Virus record (IMG/VR): IMGVR_UViG_3300046314_000558
Coordinates: 1-64,000 of that record
Direction: 5' to 3' (one strand)
From: a virus
DNA: 64,000 bases
Shown here: piece after piece, positions 8,560 through 18,402 of the stretch
How the letters are laid out: each line of letters opens with the position of its first letter
How positions within the stretch are numbered: position 1 is the stretch's first letter
Made by a program: the position numbers and the translations under genes
The notes under the pieces: generated by a model
Seen by the model: only the letters and a program-made list of their open reading frames with translations
Databases searched by the model: none
Told to the model about the DNA's origin: nothing

Positions 8560-9351
8560 TTAAACCAACCAAGGTAATTCTAAACCATCGAAACCCGATT
8601 TGTTTGGCTTGGGCAATTTAGGGTCAGGTTGTTTAAAGATTTCTGCACTCACTAGTGGCGGAGGCATTCGGTCCCAGTTGTATGGGTCTAATACCATATA
8701 CTCACTACGCAAGGTTGGGTGTGCTACCCAGATCTGTGCAAGCATTGTTTGTGCTAGTGTAGGAATACTAGCGTAAGGTGTGTCTTTGATGCCTTTTAAG
8801 CACCAGGTTGCTGTAGGCTTCTGTACTTCACCCATTTTAGGGCCGCTTTTAATAGTCAATCCTTGGGTGCGAATTTCAATGACACGATCCGACCCTAAAT
8901 TGTAGAGTTCATCGTCTCGCCACAACATAGCCTCCAGCAAGGCTTCGTCTACTAGTGGGCAAGCTTCTTGTAAGTCCCACTGCATGTAACCGACACCATT
9001 ATACTTCTTTTGTGCACAAAGGATTAGTGGAACCAGTGCTGAATAGTTGGCATATTCCGGACGTGATTGTAGTTTAACTAGACTACCACGTTTAAGTTGA
9101 CAAGCAACACGCCATAGTCCGATTTCCCAAGGCGTCTTGATGTTTTGTTTGGCTGTTAGCATACAGTCGATCTTGTCGTCCCGCCACACAAGCTCCCAAG
9201 TTGCGTAATATGCTACAATTTGGGGTAACATCCACGAACTATAAGCACTTATAAAGTGCTCTTTGGTCAGCTGCTCTAGCTGAGTTTTGTTGAGCTTTTG
9301 GTACTCCTCGAAAGGGTACTCACGAATATCATTGGTTTTTAGTTTTAACAT
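8560..9351 (-). CDS. T5 D2-like protein
   Basis: MLPQI, ALVPLI..KKYNGV.Y..WD, SGPK.G and MVLD.YNWD segments match T5 D2 as recalled. Confidence 0.65.
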   Translation of the reverse strand: MLKLKTNDIREYPFEEYQKLNKTQLEQLTKEHFISAYSSWMLPQIVAYYATWELVWRDDKIDCMLTAKQNIKTPWEIGLWRVACQLKRGSLVKLQSRPEYANYSALVPLILCAQKKYNGVGYMQWDLQEACPLVDEALLEAMLWRDDELYNLGSDRVIEIRTQGLTIKSGPKMGEVQKPTATWCLKGIKDTPYASIPTLAQTMLAQIWVAHPTLRSEYMVLDPYNWDRMPPPLVSAEIFKQPDPKLPKPNKSGFDGLELPWLV

Positions 9352-9744
9352 AGTAGTAGTCTAAAGAAAGATTTTGCTATAAGCCAGCAAAAAGCTGTTG
9401 TGACCCTAAATCTTGGCGATCCGGAGTCGGGTGGTGGAAAGTGGGACAAAAGTTTTGGTTCGTGTATTTTTGCACTTGCTTTAAAACACACAAACACAAT
9501 AATCCCAACTTAGCGGGTAACTTGGCTTGACTAACCGAATCAAGAAAAATATCTGCTGCTCACGCCCCTTCGCTCCGGGACTCCGCGGTGGGACTACAGC
9601 AAGAATTTTATCTAATTCGGTTGTCACCAAGTTTATATCATCTAGTAATATAACTAAATTATAGCACATCGGGCAGCATATTGTCAATGCCTAGATTTTT
9701 AGTGGAGGTGTGCAATGATTTTTATTGTCAGGCTAGCGCTGGGC

Positions 9745-10002
9745 TTAGCCTTTTAAGAGCGCTTGTGCCTTTTCGAGGATATTGCCCTGGCTTAGGGTCA
9801 GGTCAAGCCAGTTCAGTTCTTCAAGAACCACGAGAATTGCAAGAAAATCTTCTAGTTCACCGATTAATTCTTGTTTGTTGTTGGTTGTGCGATCTGGGTG
9901 GTGGTTAGCTTCGCCAAAGCGGTTGATTTTGCTGACGGCTTGAATTACCTCAGCTGCTTCTTCCTGCAGCTTGCTTGTAAGGTATTGTGTTTTGGTTTGC
10001 AT
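9745..10002 (-). CDS. MazG-like nucleotide pyrophosphohydrolase
   Basis: LQEEAAEVIQAVSK ... ELEDF acidic motif. Confidence 0.65.
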   Translation of the reverse strand: MQTKTQYLTSKLQEEAAEVIQAVSKINRFGEANHHPDRTTNNKQELIGELEDFLAILVVLEELNWLDLTLSQGNILEKAQALLKG

Positions 10003-10010
10003 AGATTCCT

Positions 10011-10268
10011 TTAATCAAAAGCGTGTACTACATAGTATCCACCGGAGACCTCGGTTTGAGTGCTGGCAACGTAACAGTAGTTGTGTGGCACCACTTCGCC
10101 GGTTAGTGCAATGTAGACCTCATATTCGGTTTGCTGGTCAGTTTCGGTTTCGAGTACCCAGCCATGCAGTTTCCGGTCCTGATACTTGAGCATTACCAGA
10201 CGTGATGTGCCTGGGCTGGGCAGGGTGTTCATGCCTTCATGTAATCTGTATTTAAGCACTCGCATCAA
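10011..10268 (-). CDS. Hypothetical protein
   Basis: ORF in the tightly packed leftward operon. Confidence 0.6.
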   Translation of the reverse strand: MMRVLKYRLHEGMNTLPSPGTSRLVMLKYQDRKLHGWVLETETDQQTEYEVYIALTGEVVPHNYCYVASTQTEVSGGYYVVHAFD

Positions 10269-10572
10269 CCGTCTCCAGGAACTTGTATAGTGTCATGTCT
10301 TGTGGGTTGTACTCCGTACCGTCGATAATAAAGCCCATGTTTTGTGTACCGTGGTTAGTTTCATACATCCACCACATCAGCCAATCAAATAGTTCTGGGC
10401 CAAGGAGTTGGGCAACCAGTTCTGTGTACGGACCCTCAACCGCATCAGCCAAACCAAAGACCTGATTGTCGGGGTTAATGCACCTGAGTGCTAGGTCAAC
10501 AGCTTGATCTCGTGCACGTTGTGTTTGCAGTGCCATGCAATAGTCGTAGGCAATTTTGTGTGTGGGTTTCAT
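10252..10572 (-). CDS. Hypothetical protein
   Basis: ORF in the leftward operon. Confidence 0.6.
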   Translation of the reverse strand: MKPTHKIAYDYCMALQTQRARDQAVDLALRCINPDNQVFGLADAVEGPYTELVAQLLGPELFDWLMWWMYETNHGTQNMGFIIDGTEYNPQDMTLYKFLETVDASA

Positions 10573-10744
10573 AGGTTGTAAATTAGGTAGTTGGTGAGTT
10601 TGTTCCAGAGGACTCCAAATGCACCGCAGCCAAGCATGAACATTGTGTAGTGTGCAAAGTCGTAACTAAGCCAGTACATTGCTTGGATTGTTAACACCAA
10701 CAGCACTAGGCTAACACAGTGTGCAAGTATTTGTTGAGGTTTGC

Positions 10745-11059
10745 TCATTGGTTGTATTTCTTGTAGTCTAGGGCAGCTTCACGGGTTGAGAATGAGTGTG
10801 CTACCGGAATGTTGTCGTGTAGGTAGTAGTCTGTGAGGGCTTCTACCTCCTGTACCGTGGTTGACTGTACACCGCCAGTGCTCGAAAACACATAAACTTT
10901 GGTGCCGGGTTCGACACCCACACCGTCACAAGTAATGCCTACAACTTGCGCGTCTAGTAATTGTTGTGCAAAGTGAATCAACTCAGCACGTTGTACGGGG
11001 CCGATGTTGGCCCAAGCACGAAGACGTGGAGTGGCATCTAAGATTTGTTCTAGTGTCAC
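10745..11059 (-). CDS. Hypothetical protein
   Basis: GGAG SD; leftward operon. Confidence 0.6.
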   Translation of the reverse strand: MTLEQILDATPRLRAWANIGPVQRAELIHFAQQLLDAQVVGITCDGVGVEPGTKVYVFSSTGGVQSTTVQEVEALTDYYLHDNIPVAHSFSTREAALDYKKYNQ

Positions 11060-11369
11060 GAGTATCGCTCCAAGAGTTGTTGGTGTTGTTGGTCAACTTC
11101 ACGCAAGTGTTGGTCTAGCTTGCGGAGCAACAACTTGCGTTCATCAGGTTTGGCACGGTCAGCCGCATTCCATATCGAAAAGGCTTCGCTGTTCTTGGCA
11201 AGCACATGCTGTTTGTAACGTACAAAGTTGTTCATAGTAGTTTTTTAAGTCTTGGGTAGTGGCATCGCTCCAGTGGTACTCACGGTCACCAAACTGGCCA
11301 CGACAGCTGTGCAGTCGTTGTAACACAAGTTGGCCACGCCAGTTTGTGCGAAATTGGTAGTTGTTCATA

Positions 11370-11651
11370 TTACTCCCAAGTCCGGTGATCTTCAGCAACC
11401 CACTCACGGCCGTCGTATTCAGCAATGTGCCACTTGATGTACTTGGGCACTTGGACAATCTTGAGTTTGGCATACCGGCCATTGGCTTGCTCACCTAGTT
11501 GTTTGACCACTTCGACAAGTGTGGGATCGTTGCGTGCAATCTCCCAGTGATATTCAGGAACGGGCTTACCACTTAGTTCTTGGTAAAGTAGCATTGCGGT
11601 TTCACTGAGGCCAAACCCGCCGTGGCACACATTGATTACAATTTGTTGCAT
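11370..11651 (-). CDS. Conserved phage hypothetical protein
   Basis: VINVCHGGFGLS...EYDGREWVAE pattern typical of small phage proteins. Confidence 0.65.
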   Translation of the reverse strand: MQQIVINVCHGGFGLSETAMLLYQELSGKPVPEYHWEIARNDPTLVEVVKQLGEQANGRYAKLKIVQVPKYIKWHIAEYDGREWVAEDHRTWE

Positions 11652-11652
11652 G

Positions 11653-11856
11653 TTAGTCCTTGGGATGTGGTGTGTTGCATAGTACCAGCATGGCTTGTAG
11701 TTCGCCGTGTGTTAGCCCAACCAGCTTTTGGCCAATACTAATATCCCAGCCTTCGCCGTTGGCCCACTCACACACATCAATAACCTCATCTGCTTTGGCG
11801 TGGTGGCAGTAATCACGGAGATCGGCGTATACGGCGCGTCGATTATAAAATTTCAT
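11653..11856 (-). CDS. Hypothetical protein
   Basis: Coupled ORF. Confidence 0.6.
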   Translation of the reverse strand: MKFYNRRAVYADLRDYCHHAKADEVIDVCEWANGEGWDISIGQKLVGLTHGELQAMLVLCNTPHPKD

Positions 11857-12101
11857 TGTGTTTCCAATTCTTTAGTAGTTAGGTCTTGTGGTTCAAAGTC
11901 TTCAAATGGGTACAGCCATTGTTCGCGGCACCCGTTAAACACCAAGCCCATTCGGCCAGCCAGTTCTGGTTGAATCCAGTAAATACGTTGGTCGTCTACT
12001 TTTTTAACTTCGCCAACTACTACAATGTTACCGTTAAACTCACTACCAAGCCTGTTGCTGGGCACGCCACGAATCATACAAAGTGTTCCAGGTTTGATCA
12101 T
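11853..12101 (-). CDS. Hypothetical protein
   Basis: Start MIKPG after GGAG; leftward promoter upstream. Confidence 0.6.
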   Translation of the reverse strand: MIKPGTLCMIRGVPSNRLGSEFNGNIVVVGEVKKVDDQRIYWIQPELAGRMGLVFNGCREQWLYPFEDFEPQDLTTKELETQ

Positions 12102-12353
12102 AATTTCTCCGTTTAAGTATATATTATACCCGAAACGGCAAAAAGCCACAAGTGCATTTCTGCAATTGTGGCTGGAATTTGTTGCTAAAATGCAACACTC
12201 ATGGTCGGTGGTGTGGAAACGGCCAGTGTGGGTCAATATCTTGTTTGGGCTCTTGCGGCGCTTGATACGGTGGAAATATTTGATCTTGACTGAATATGTA
12301 AGCTATTACAATTCCTATTAGTGCTATAAGGGTAACACACCCTGCAAATATAA

Positions 12354-13040
12354 TTAGTCCCATAGGTTTTCGTAGTACTTTCCAAAAAGTTTAAATCCAT
12401 TTGTAATACGAGCTTGTTCAACGGCCATAGCATCGTAATCGCAAACATAGGTGTCATTGGGGCCAGTAACCATTTGGTACATAGTAGGCTTGCCATGTTC
12501 GTCCCAAGCACAAGGCTGTGTGCTCCAGTTGTGCTCACCACTAGAATACTTTTCTTGCCATGTACCCACGCGCTTGGCCTCAAAAGCAAAGATCATTTCG
12601 CCCAGTACCCAGTCCCAACGCTTGAAGTGGTTTGCATCTGTGTCCCAGGAATTTTCAGTGGGTGGTGCGCTGGTACTCTTGAGTTCTTCAGGCACATCCT
12701 CATCTGCAACAAAAGGCGCACCGTGCTTGCTGGCTTGCATCTGCTGCAACATTGGTGCAATAATATGTGAGAGCGTGGTGTCCATTGACCAAGTGTCATA
12801 CTTGTCAATTTTGACATAAATTTGACGATGGCGCTTAGATTCAATCCAGTGACAAAACTTGTTGAGAAGGGTACTTGATCCGTCCTTGTTCTCACTTAGC
12901 CAACGGCCAAAGTTGTGAACATAATCAGGCTTGGATTTGATGCCATACTCGTCGGGAGTTTCTGGAGCCCACCAACACAGCAGTTCAGCAATCTGGTATG
13001 GGCCAATCCATGTAGTATATTTACCAATTTTAACGCGCAT
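12354..13040 (-). CDS. Conserved phage hypothetical protein
   Basis: 228-aa ORF; DTWSMD and GFKLFGKYY.LWD pattern. Confidence 0.7.
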   Translation of the reverse strand: MRVKIGKYTTWIGPYQIAELLCWWAPETPDEYGIKSKPDYVHNFGRWLSENKDGSSTLLNKFCHWIESKRHRQIYVKIDKYDTWSMDTTLSHIIAPMLQQMQASKHGAPFVADEDVPEELKSTSAPPTENSWDTDANHFKRWDWVLGEMIFAFEAKRVGTWQEKYSSGEHNWSTQPCAWDEHGKPTMYQMVTGPNDTYVCDYDAMAVEQARITNGFKLFGKYYENLWD

Positions 13041-13354
13041 TAAAATAACTCCAGTTGACTAATGTGTGCGTGCAAGTTTTCACGGGCACGATCATAAACT
13101 TCACAAGGTTCCAGCAACTCAGGCTCTAAGCCCTCAACCGCACAAGCGTATTGCAAGAGTGAATAGTTGATTTCTGTCCACAGTGAATTAGCACCAGCTA
13201 CAAAAGCCTGACGCATCCAGTAGTCACGATTGTCCTTGTTTTGTGGATTACCATAGCCGTACACTTGTGCACGATTTGATCCCATTTCAGGATACTGTTC
13301 GTCAAAAAACCAGTGGTTGAATTCACGAGTAGCGTTGTAAGGTGGTTTCTGCAT
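13040..13354 (-). CDS. Hypothetical protein
   Basis: Coupled ORF. Confidence 0.6.
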   Translation of the reverse strand: MQKPPYNATREFNHWFFDEQYPEMGSNRAQVYGYGNPQNKDNRDYWMRQAFVAGANSLWTEINYSLLQYACAVEGLEPELLEPCEVYDRARENLHAHISQLELF

Positions 13355-13560
13355 TAATAGGCTCCTTGGCTGTGATCTACAGCTTTTGTAATATCGTTGT
13401 AAAAGTTCTGCAAGACTACTAGTGCGTCTTTATCATCACCGTGTTTGTAGGCATTGCGAAGTGCTGCGCGCAAGTCGCCTAGCAAGTTGTGCAGGCTGAT
13501 TGCGTTTGCATAGATGTTAACTTCGTCAATGGTATCGCATTGAATTTTAAGTTCTAGCAT
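13354..13560 (-). CDS. Hypothetical protein
   Basis: Coupled ORF. Confidence 0.6.
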   Translation of the reverse strand: MLELKIQCDTIDEVNIYANAISLHNLLGDLRAALRNAYKHGDDKDALVVLQNFYNDITKAVDHSQGAY

Positions 13561-13741
13561 ATTTGTTTAATTGTTTGAGTGTGTTTAGATCAGTTACCGG
13601 CTGGTAGTTAGACTTGGCCATGGGCACAATGCAGTGCTTGAAAGCACGTGCAACCACTTCGCCACAAGGCAAACAGGTGTGTTTGCCAAGTGCCCAACGG
13701 CGTGGGTTTACGTCATCTGAACATTTTACGCAAAAATACAT
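13547..13741 (-). CDS. Small C4 zinc-finger protein (DksA/TraR-like finger)
   Basis: CVKC...RR.ALG..TCLPC; AGGAG SD. Confidence 0.6.
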   Translation of the reverse strand: MYFCVKCSDDVNPRRWALGKHTCLPCGEVVARAFKHCIVPMAKSNYQPVTDLNTLKQLNKYART

Positions 13742-13800
13742 TGTTGAAGTCTCCTGAATATGTGTTTATTATACACTGTTAAGCCGGAGACTTCAAATCT

Positions 13801-14157
13801 TTATTTTCGCATTGCACGGACAAGCTGATCGGTTAGACCACGAATAACTTGTTTGTAGCTATTAACTGCCTGACGCTGACCAGGCAACCACTCTGGTCTA
13901 AGAGTCATTGCCAGCTCCTCATCATAGGTTATTAGCACCGGTTTTGTAGTGCCATCCTTCCAACGTAGTCGTTCACAGTAGATGGTAACAACTTGCGGTT
14001 GTTTGTAGTCAGGTGGCTCTGTGGATACTGTAAGCCGTGGTGGCTGCATAACAGCCACGCGCACAGCACCCACCCGTTCCATTTGCTCTAGTAACCATAC
14101 CGGAAGATCAATTACGGTAATTGGCTCAAAGTCTTCTGTATAGATTACTACGTTCAT
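13801..14157 (-). CDS. Hypothetical protein
   Basis: ORF downstream of thyX. Confidence 0.6.
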   Translation of the reverse strand: MNVVIYTEDFEPITVIDLPVWLLEQMERVGAVRVAVMQPPRLTVSTEPPDYKQPQVVTIYCERLRWKDGTTKPVLITYDEELAMTLRPEWLPGQRQAVNSYKQVIRGLTDQLVRAMRK

Positions 14158-14158
14158 A

Positions 14159-15085
14159 TTACCACCGTGCTTCGTTTGGAATTAATTTGCGGAACTGAAT
14201 CCAGCCACGTAGGTTGCCTGACCACAAGTCACTGTTAGCACTTACGTGTGTAACACCTGGTTCCCATGTTTCTGGCTCAAACCTGCACATGGCGTCCACG
14301 TTCATAGGTGTAGCCTGATGTTCCACGGGGCTAGCATGAGCAGGTTCTGACTCGATAAGTTGCTGATAAATTTTGAGTGCTTTATCATAGCTATCATCAT
14401 TTTTGCGATAGCTAACCTGAGCGCAACAACTAGCACTAATGATCTTAGCATCTTCAAGGCTAATGCGGTTAAGGTGGTGGTCAAAATACTGTAATTCGCC
14501 AGTGGGTATATAAGTAGCTATTGTAATATAGGGAAGATGCCACTCACCTGGCTTAAGTGCCACTGGTTTACTAGCATTGTATGCTGCGTGCATTTTTCGT
14601 GCAAGCTCAGCAATCTCAGGTTGTGCATCAGCATGATCACGCAACCAAAAGAAGTTTGCCCACTCAGTGCCAGAAATCACAGTTTTCATAATCATCCAAG
14701 GCTCTGTGATGCGATTGGTGATTTGCTTGTGCAAGTTAAGGTCTGCAAACTGTTGTGCATACTCTAGTGCACTATCTCGTGCTTGCTCCCAAATCATGAA
14801 TGCTTCAACTGTGTCTGATGCGTCCAGGGTTTCTTTGGCTTTCATGCCAGGTTGATTAACACCCCACGACACTGGTGTTGCAGTATTAGCACGGATATGC
14901 TCATGCATTGCTTTCACAGGAATAGCCCGCGAACTAGCCGAATTCTTTGACAACATTCGGTGAGTGTTCAACTCAGCAAGAATAAAACGAGGGTACTCAA
15001 TCTCCATGGTAGTCATACGTGTACCACATGGTGCAACTGAGTCAGAAATAATTTTAGCTGTAATAAGGTCTTTAGGAGAGTTCAT
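14159..15085 (-). CDS. thyX: Flavin-dependent thymidylate synthase
   Basis: ELNTHR..S.NSASSRAIP, HAQPEI-like and HASPVEHQA motifs. Confidence 0.85.
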   Translation of the reverse strand: MNSPKDLITAKIISDSVAPCGTRMTTMEIEYPRFILAELNTHRMLSKNSASSRAIPVKAMHEHIRANTATPVSWGVNQPGMKAKETLDASDTVEAFMIWEQARDSALEYAQQFADLNLHKQITNRITEPWMIMKTVISGTEWANFFWLRDHADAQPEIAELARKMHAAYNASKPVALKPGEWHLPYITIATYIPTGELQYFDHHLNRISLEDAKIISASCCAQVSYRKNDDSYDKALKIYQQLIESEPAHASPVEHQATPMNVDAMCRFEPETWEPGVTHVSANSDLWSGNLRGWIQFRKLIPNEARW

Positions 15086-15410
15086 TGATTGTAATAGTTA
15101 GTGGTAGTTGTGAAGTTTCGCCAAACAGGGCAAAGTATTCGTGTGTTTCATCTACGTAGTGTTCCACCCATAAACCATACTTACCAGCAAGTTTATAGTT
15201 GTAGTCTACTAGCAGGCATGTTTTGCGTATTTCATTGTAGCTTTGGTTAGCCATAACAGTGAAACTCCAGGTAAGCTATAACTTTGTCTTCTGGAGCATC
15301 ACACGGGCACAGGCCCTCAAACGCCATATTTGGGCTATTCCACCAAGCGTTTACAAGTTCTGTGCTGCCAACAAGTGCAAATATCAAACAATTAATATAA
15401 TCTGTGGTAA

Positions 15411-16175
15411 TCATACCTCAACTACCTTGTGTGGATCAAAGCCGTTGGTTTCTGTTTCGCCTGAACCATAGTAACCGTGTGGGTTACAAACTAGTCGTGT
15501 AGAGCCGCAAAACTTGTCAACAGCGTCATGTGTGTGCCCAAAAAGCCAAGTAACGTTATTGAATGTTTTAATTTTTGACTCCAAGTCATTGGCAAAGTAT
15601 GGGTTCAAGCTAGAGAATCTTGGGTCTCGATACTTATCAGCAACGCAACTGTCTGTGGGTAAAAAGTGTGTTACAACAACACAAGGTTTATCTTGGTGTT
15701 TAAAAGTCTCACTGCTAATAAACTCCCAGTCGTCACTGAACCTTTGCTTAGCATGACTTGTAGTAAAGCCTTTAATGTATTTAAAGTCCGCAATACTACG
15801 TTTAGCGGCGGTTTCTGCAAACCAGTCGTCACGGAAGTTAGTCCACAATGTGGCTCCAATAAATTGAATCCCGTTAATATCAACGCTGTTACCGTTCAAG
15901 TAGTGCACACCATCAAGTTGTGCACACTTGTCTGCAATCTTTTGGTTAAAGTCATCAAAGCTGGTACCATAGTACTCGTGGTTACCTGGCACATACACAA
16001 TATGTGGAAAGCCACAGTCACGGAAGTGACGGATAACGTCCATGGTGTTTGTTGAGCCTGATGCAATATCGCCAGCAAGAACTAAGACGTCTTCGCCACG
16101 ATATTCACTCATGGCATGAGTTTTGTATGGTAGTCGAAACTCTGTGTGTAGGTCTGATAGTAGTCTGATCTTCAT
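15411..16175 (-). CDS. Calcineurin-like metallophosphoesterase
   Basis: SDLH, AGD, GNHE and GHTH motifs. Confidence 0.9.
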   Translation of the reverse strand: MKIRLLSDLHTEFRLPYKTHAMSEYRGEDVLVLAGDIASGSTNTMDVIRHFRDCGFPHIVYVPGNHEYYGTSFDDFNQKIADKCAQLDGVHYLNGNSVDINGIQFIGATLWTNFRDDWFAETAAKRSIADFKYIKGFTTSHAKQRFSDDWEFISSETFKHQDKPCVVVTHFLPTDSCVADKYRDPRFSSLNPYFANDLESKIKTFNNVTWLFGHTHDAVDKFCGSTRLVCNPHGYYGSGETETNGFDPHKVVEV

Positions 16176-16220
16176 AATTTTTTCCTTGTGCCACTATTAT
16201 AGCAGACACAACTCATACTT

Positions 16221-16676
16221 TCAACTGTAAAAAATATGATTTCCAATTACAGCTACTACTTGCTTGCTTCGGTTCCAACGTGGCTTTACTTTGTGGGTGT
16301 GAAAATAAATGGCTTCAAAGTTTGGCAGGCGTACGCCTTGAGTTAATACTGCACGAGCAATAACCATGCTAGCTTGCCAGGCTTTGGAGTCCTTGACCTT
16401 TTTGCGCTTGTCCAGCGTCCACGAAAACTGACGGTGCGCGTGTACAACGCCACACACAGTTGGTTGAAAACGGCCACTACGCACACGATTAACAGTAACC
16501 TGTGCAACAGCAAGCTGACCCTCAAGCGATTCACCTCGGGCTTCGTGATAAATATTACGGGCAAGACAGTCTATGTCTGTGGTGCTGGCCCACTTAGTCA
16601 CAGTTTGCGGGATTGTACTCAAGGCTAGAGTCGCCGGAAGTAGTGCGCAAATTATTCCTAGTTTTAATGTTTTCAT
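16221..16676 (-). CDS. SleB-like cell wall hydrolase (Hydrolase_2)
   Basis: CLARNIYHEARGE, VTVNRV, QFSW, IGNHIFY; signal peptide. Confidence 0.9.
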   Translation of the reverse strand: MKTLKLGIICALLPATLALSTIPQTVTKWASTTDIDCLARNIYHEARGESLEGQLAVAQVTVNRVRSGRFQPTVCGVVHAHRQFSWTLDKRKKVKDSKAWQASMVIARAVLTQGVRLPNFEAIYFHTHKVKPRWNRSKQVVAVIGNHIFYS

Positions 16677-16744
16677 TTAATATCTCCATTAGCGCATCAA
16701 AACTACGTTGCTCAAGGTCTGTGCCTTGGCCACTGTCCAAACGC

Positions 16745-16999
16745 TCAGCTAGATGTTGTAGCAGTATTGATAGTTCGAAGTGTTTCATATTGTTGCGCAA
16801 GTTCATTTAGTTGATTTTGCAGGCTGTTGACTACAGCACTAGAATGTTGCAGTTGCTTGTCCATGTGTATGATAACATCAGCTGCTTTAATCATCAGGTG
16901 ATTGGGTGGACGATTTACTTGATAAGGGTCGTTATCCCCATCTTGTACCGTATAACTATCGCCGTGCTTTAGACGTTGTACTAGCAGATTAATATCCAT
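16745..16999 (-). CDS. Hypothetical coiled-coil protein
   Basis: ORF downstream of a leftward promoter. Confidence 0.55.
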   Translation of the reverse strand: MDINLLVQRLKHGDSYTVQDGDNDPYQVNRPPNHLMIKAADVIIHMDKQLQHSSAVVNSLQNQLNELAQQYETLRTINTATTSS

Positions 17000-17301
17000 A
17001 ATCTCTTTTAATTTTAAAGTTGAATGTACATTATAACCCAAACGGCTATGCGTGGCAAGCATAAATTTTTATAATGGGTTTGACCAGCACAAAAAATTTT
17101 GTTGTTGACTTTGAGTGGTGTAACTGATATAATAACTGATCTGGTACACACGGGCTCTAATTATGACACTCAGCGAGTTTATAAAAACATACGCACTTCA
17201 AGCGTATCTTGACTTTTGCAAGCGCAATAAGCTAACGCCCAAAGTAGACGTTGTACCCGAGCCAGAAACAAAAATATGTGCCCTACTAAAGAAAAAACCA
17301 A

Positions 17302-17709
17302 ATGCCTAAAACAGAAGAATTTACCGCAACACTAGAACATCAAACAGTATTTGGAGAGTTTCCGCAGCCAGAAGACAGACCTCCTGCTACTGCAATTAAG
17401 TTTGATACAGACAAACTACCACTACACTTGTTGAGCACAGAAGCCATGAATCAAACAGCGGCTGTGCTGAAATTTGGCGCACAAAAATACGCAGAACACA
17501 ACTGGCGCAATGGCTTCGACTGGAGCCGACCCTTAAGCGCAGCAATGCGGCATATTACAGCATTTAATGATGGTGAAGATAAGGACCCTGAATCGGGCTT
17601 ATCGCACCTGGCTCACGCAGCCTGCTGTATTATGTTCCTCCTAGAATTTGAGAAGACTCACCCACACTTAGATGACCGATACAAGCCCCCAGTACAGAAG
17701 ACTAGTTAA
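17302..17709 (+). CDS. dATP/dGTP diphosphohydrolase-domain protein (DUF5664)
   Basis: KFDTDK, FGAQKY..HNW and DPESGLSHLAHAACC motifs. Confidence 0.85.
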   Translation: MPKTEEFTATLEHQTVFGEFPQPEDRPPATAIKFDTDKLPLHLLSTEAMNQTAAVLKFGAQKYAEHNWRNGFDWSRPLSAAMRHITAFNDGEDKDPESGLSHLAHAACCIMFLLEFEKTHPHLDDRYKPPVQKTS

Positions 17710-17905
17710 ACAACTTGTTGGTACACGTAAAACCCTTACCCAAGCCTGTCGCGATGCTGACATGGACATAGAGGACGTTGATGACTACTACTTGGGCCAA
17801 GTAGTACAGCAATGCTCGCATTGTGATATTTGGGGTACGCAGCACAAACCCGACAGTGATCTTAATCCTGTGTGTGCTCTTTGTTTAAGACTAGTAGGTG
17901 CATAA
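17672..17905 (+). CDS. Hypothetical zinc-binding protein
   Basis: Two CxxC pairs. Confidence 0.55.
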   Translation: MTDTSPQYRRLVKQLVGTRKTLTQACRDADMDIEDVDDYYLGQVVQQCSHCDIWGTQHKPDSDLNPVCALCLRLVGA

Positions 17906-18337
17906 ATGACAGATTTTTTTACAATGATGAGCGCTGGTCGCCAAATTCCAGCAGACCAGCAAGTAAGACTTATTCCCAGCAATCAGGGTGCATACTTGCG
18001 CTGGTTGTTTGTTGACGAAGCAGGAACATTGCGCAGTGCCACAGCAGCCTGGCTTGCAGGGTTTGTAGACATTAATGCACGTGCTGCAGGGTGTGTTCCA
18101 CAACAGGCACTTGTACCACTAACACTGCAGTTAACAACGTGGGCACAAAATATTGTATTCATGGATCAAGAAAGCTACGACACAACCATGGCGCTACTTA
18201 CGCCCTATGAAGGTGACCGTTTAAGTGTGCAAGGCAAGTCTGTGATACTTGACATACCCAATAGCTACTTCTTCCGCCAGCCAGAACTGGTAAGCTTGCT
18301 AAAACAAAAGATTCCAGAGCTAAATCCCGTAGTATAA
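17906..18337 (+). CDS. LMW protein-tyrosine-phosphatase-like protein lacking the catalytic Cys
   Basis: WLFVDEAGTLRS versus canonical LFVC(x5)RS; paralog of 19400..19855. Confidence 0.65.
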   Translation: MTDFFTMMSAGRQIPADQQVRLIPSNQGAYLRWLFVDEAGTLRSATAAWLAGFVDINARAAGCVPQQALVPLTLQLTTWAQNIVFMDQESYDTTMALLTPYEGDRLSVQGKSVILDIPNSYFFRQPELVSLLKQKIPELNPVV

Positions 18338-18402
18338 AAACACATTTGACAAACCGCAACTAATCAGCTATAATAGACGCTTAACTAAATAAAACGCACA
18401 CA

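Noticed and set aside
17302-17709. DUF5664 as evidence for a Z-base or otherwise modified genome
   Set aside because: No PurZ, DatZ or deazaguanine-pathway genes are visible in this window
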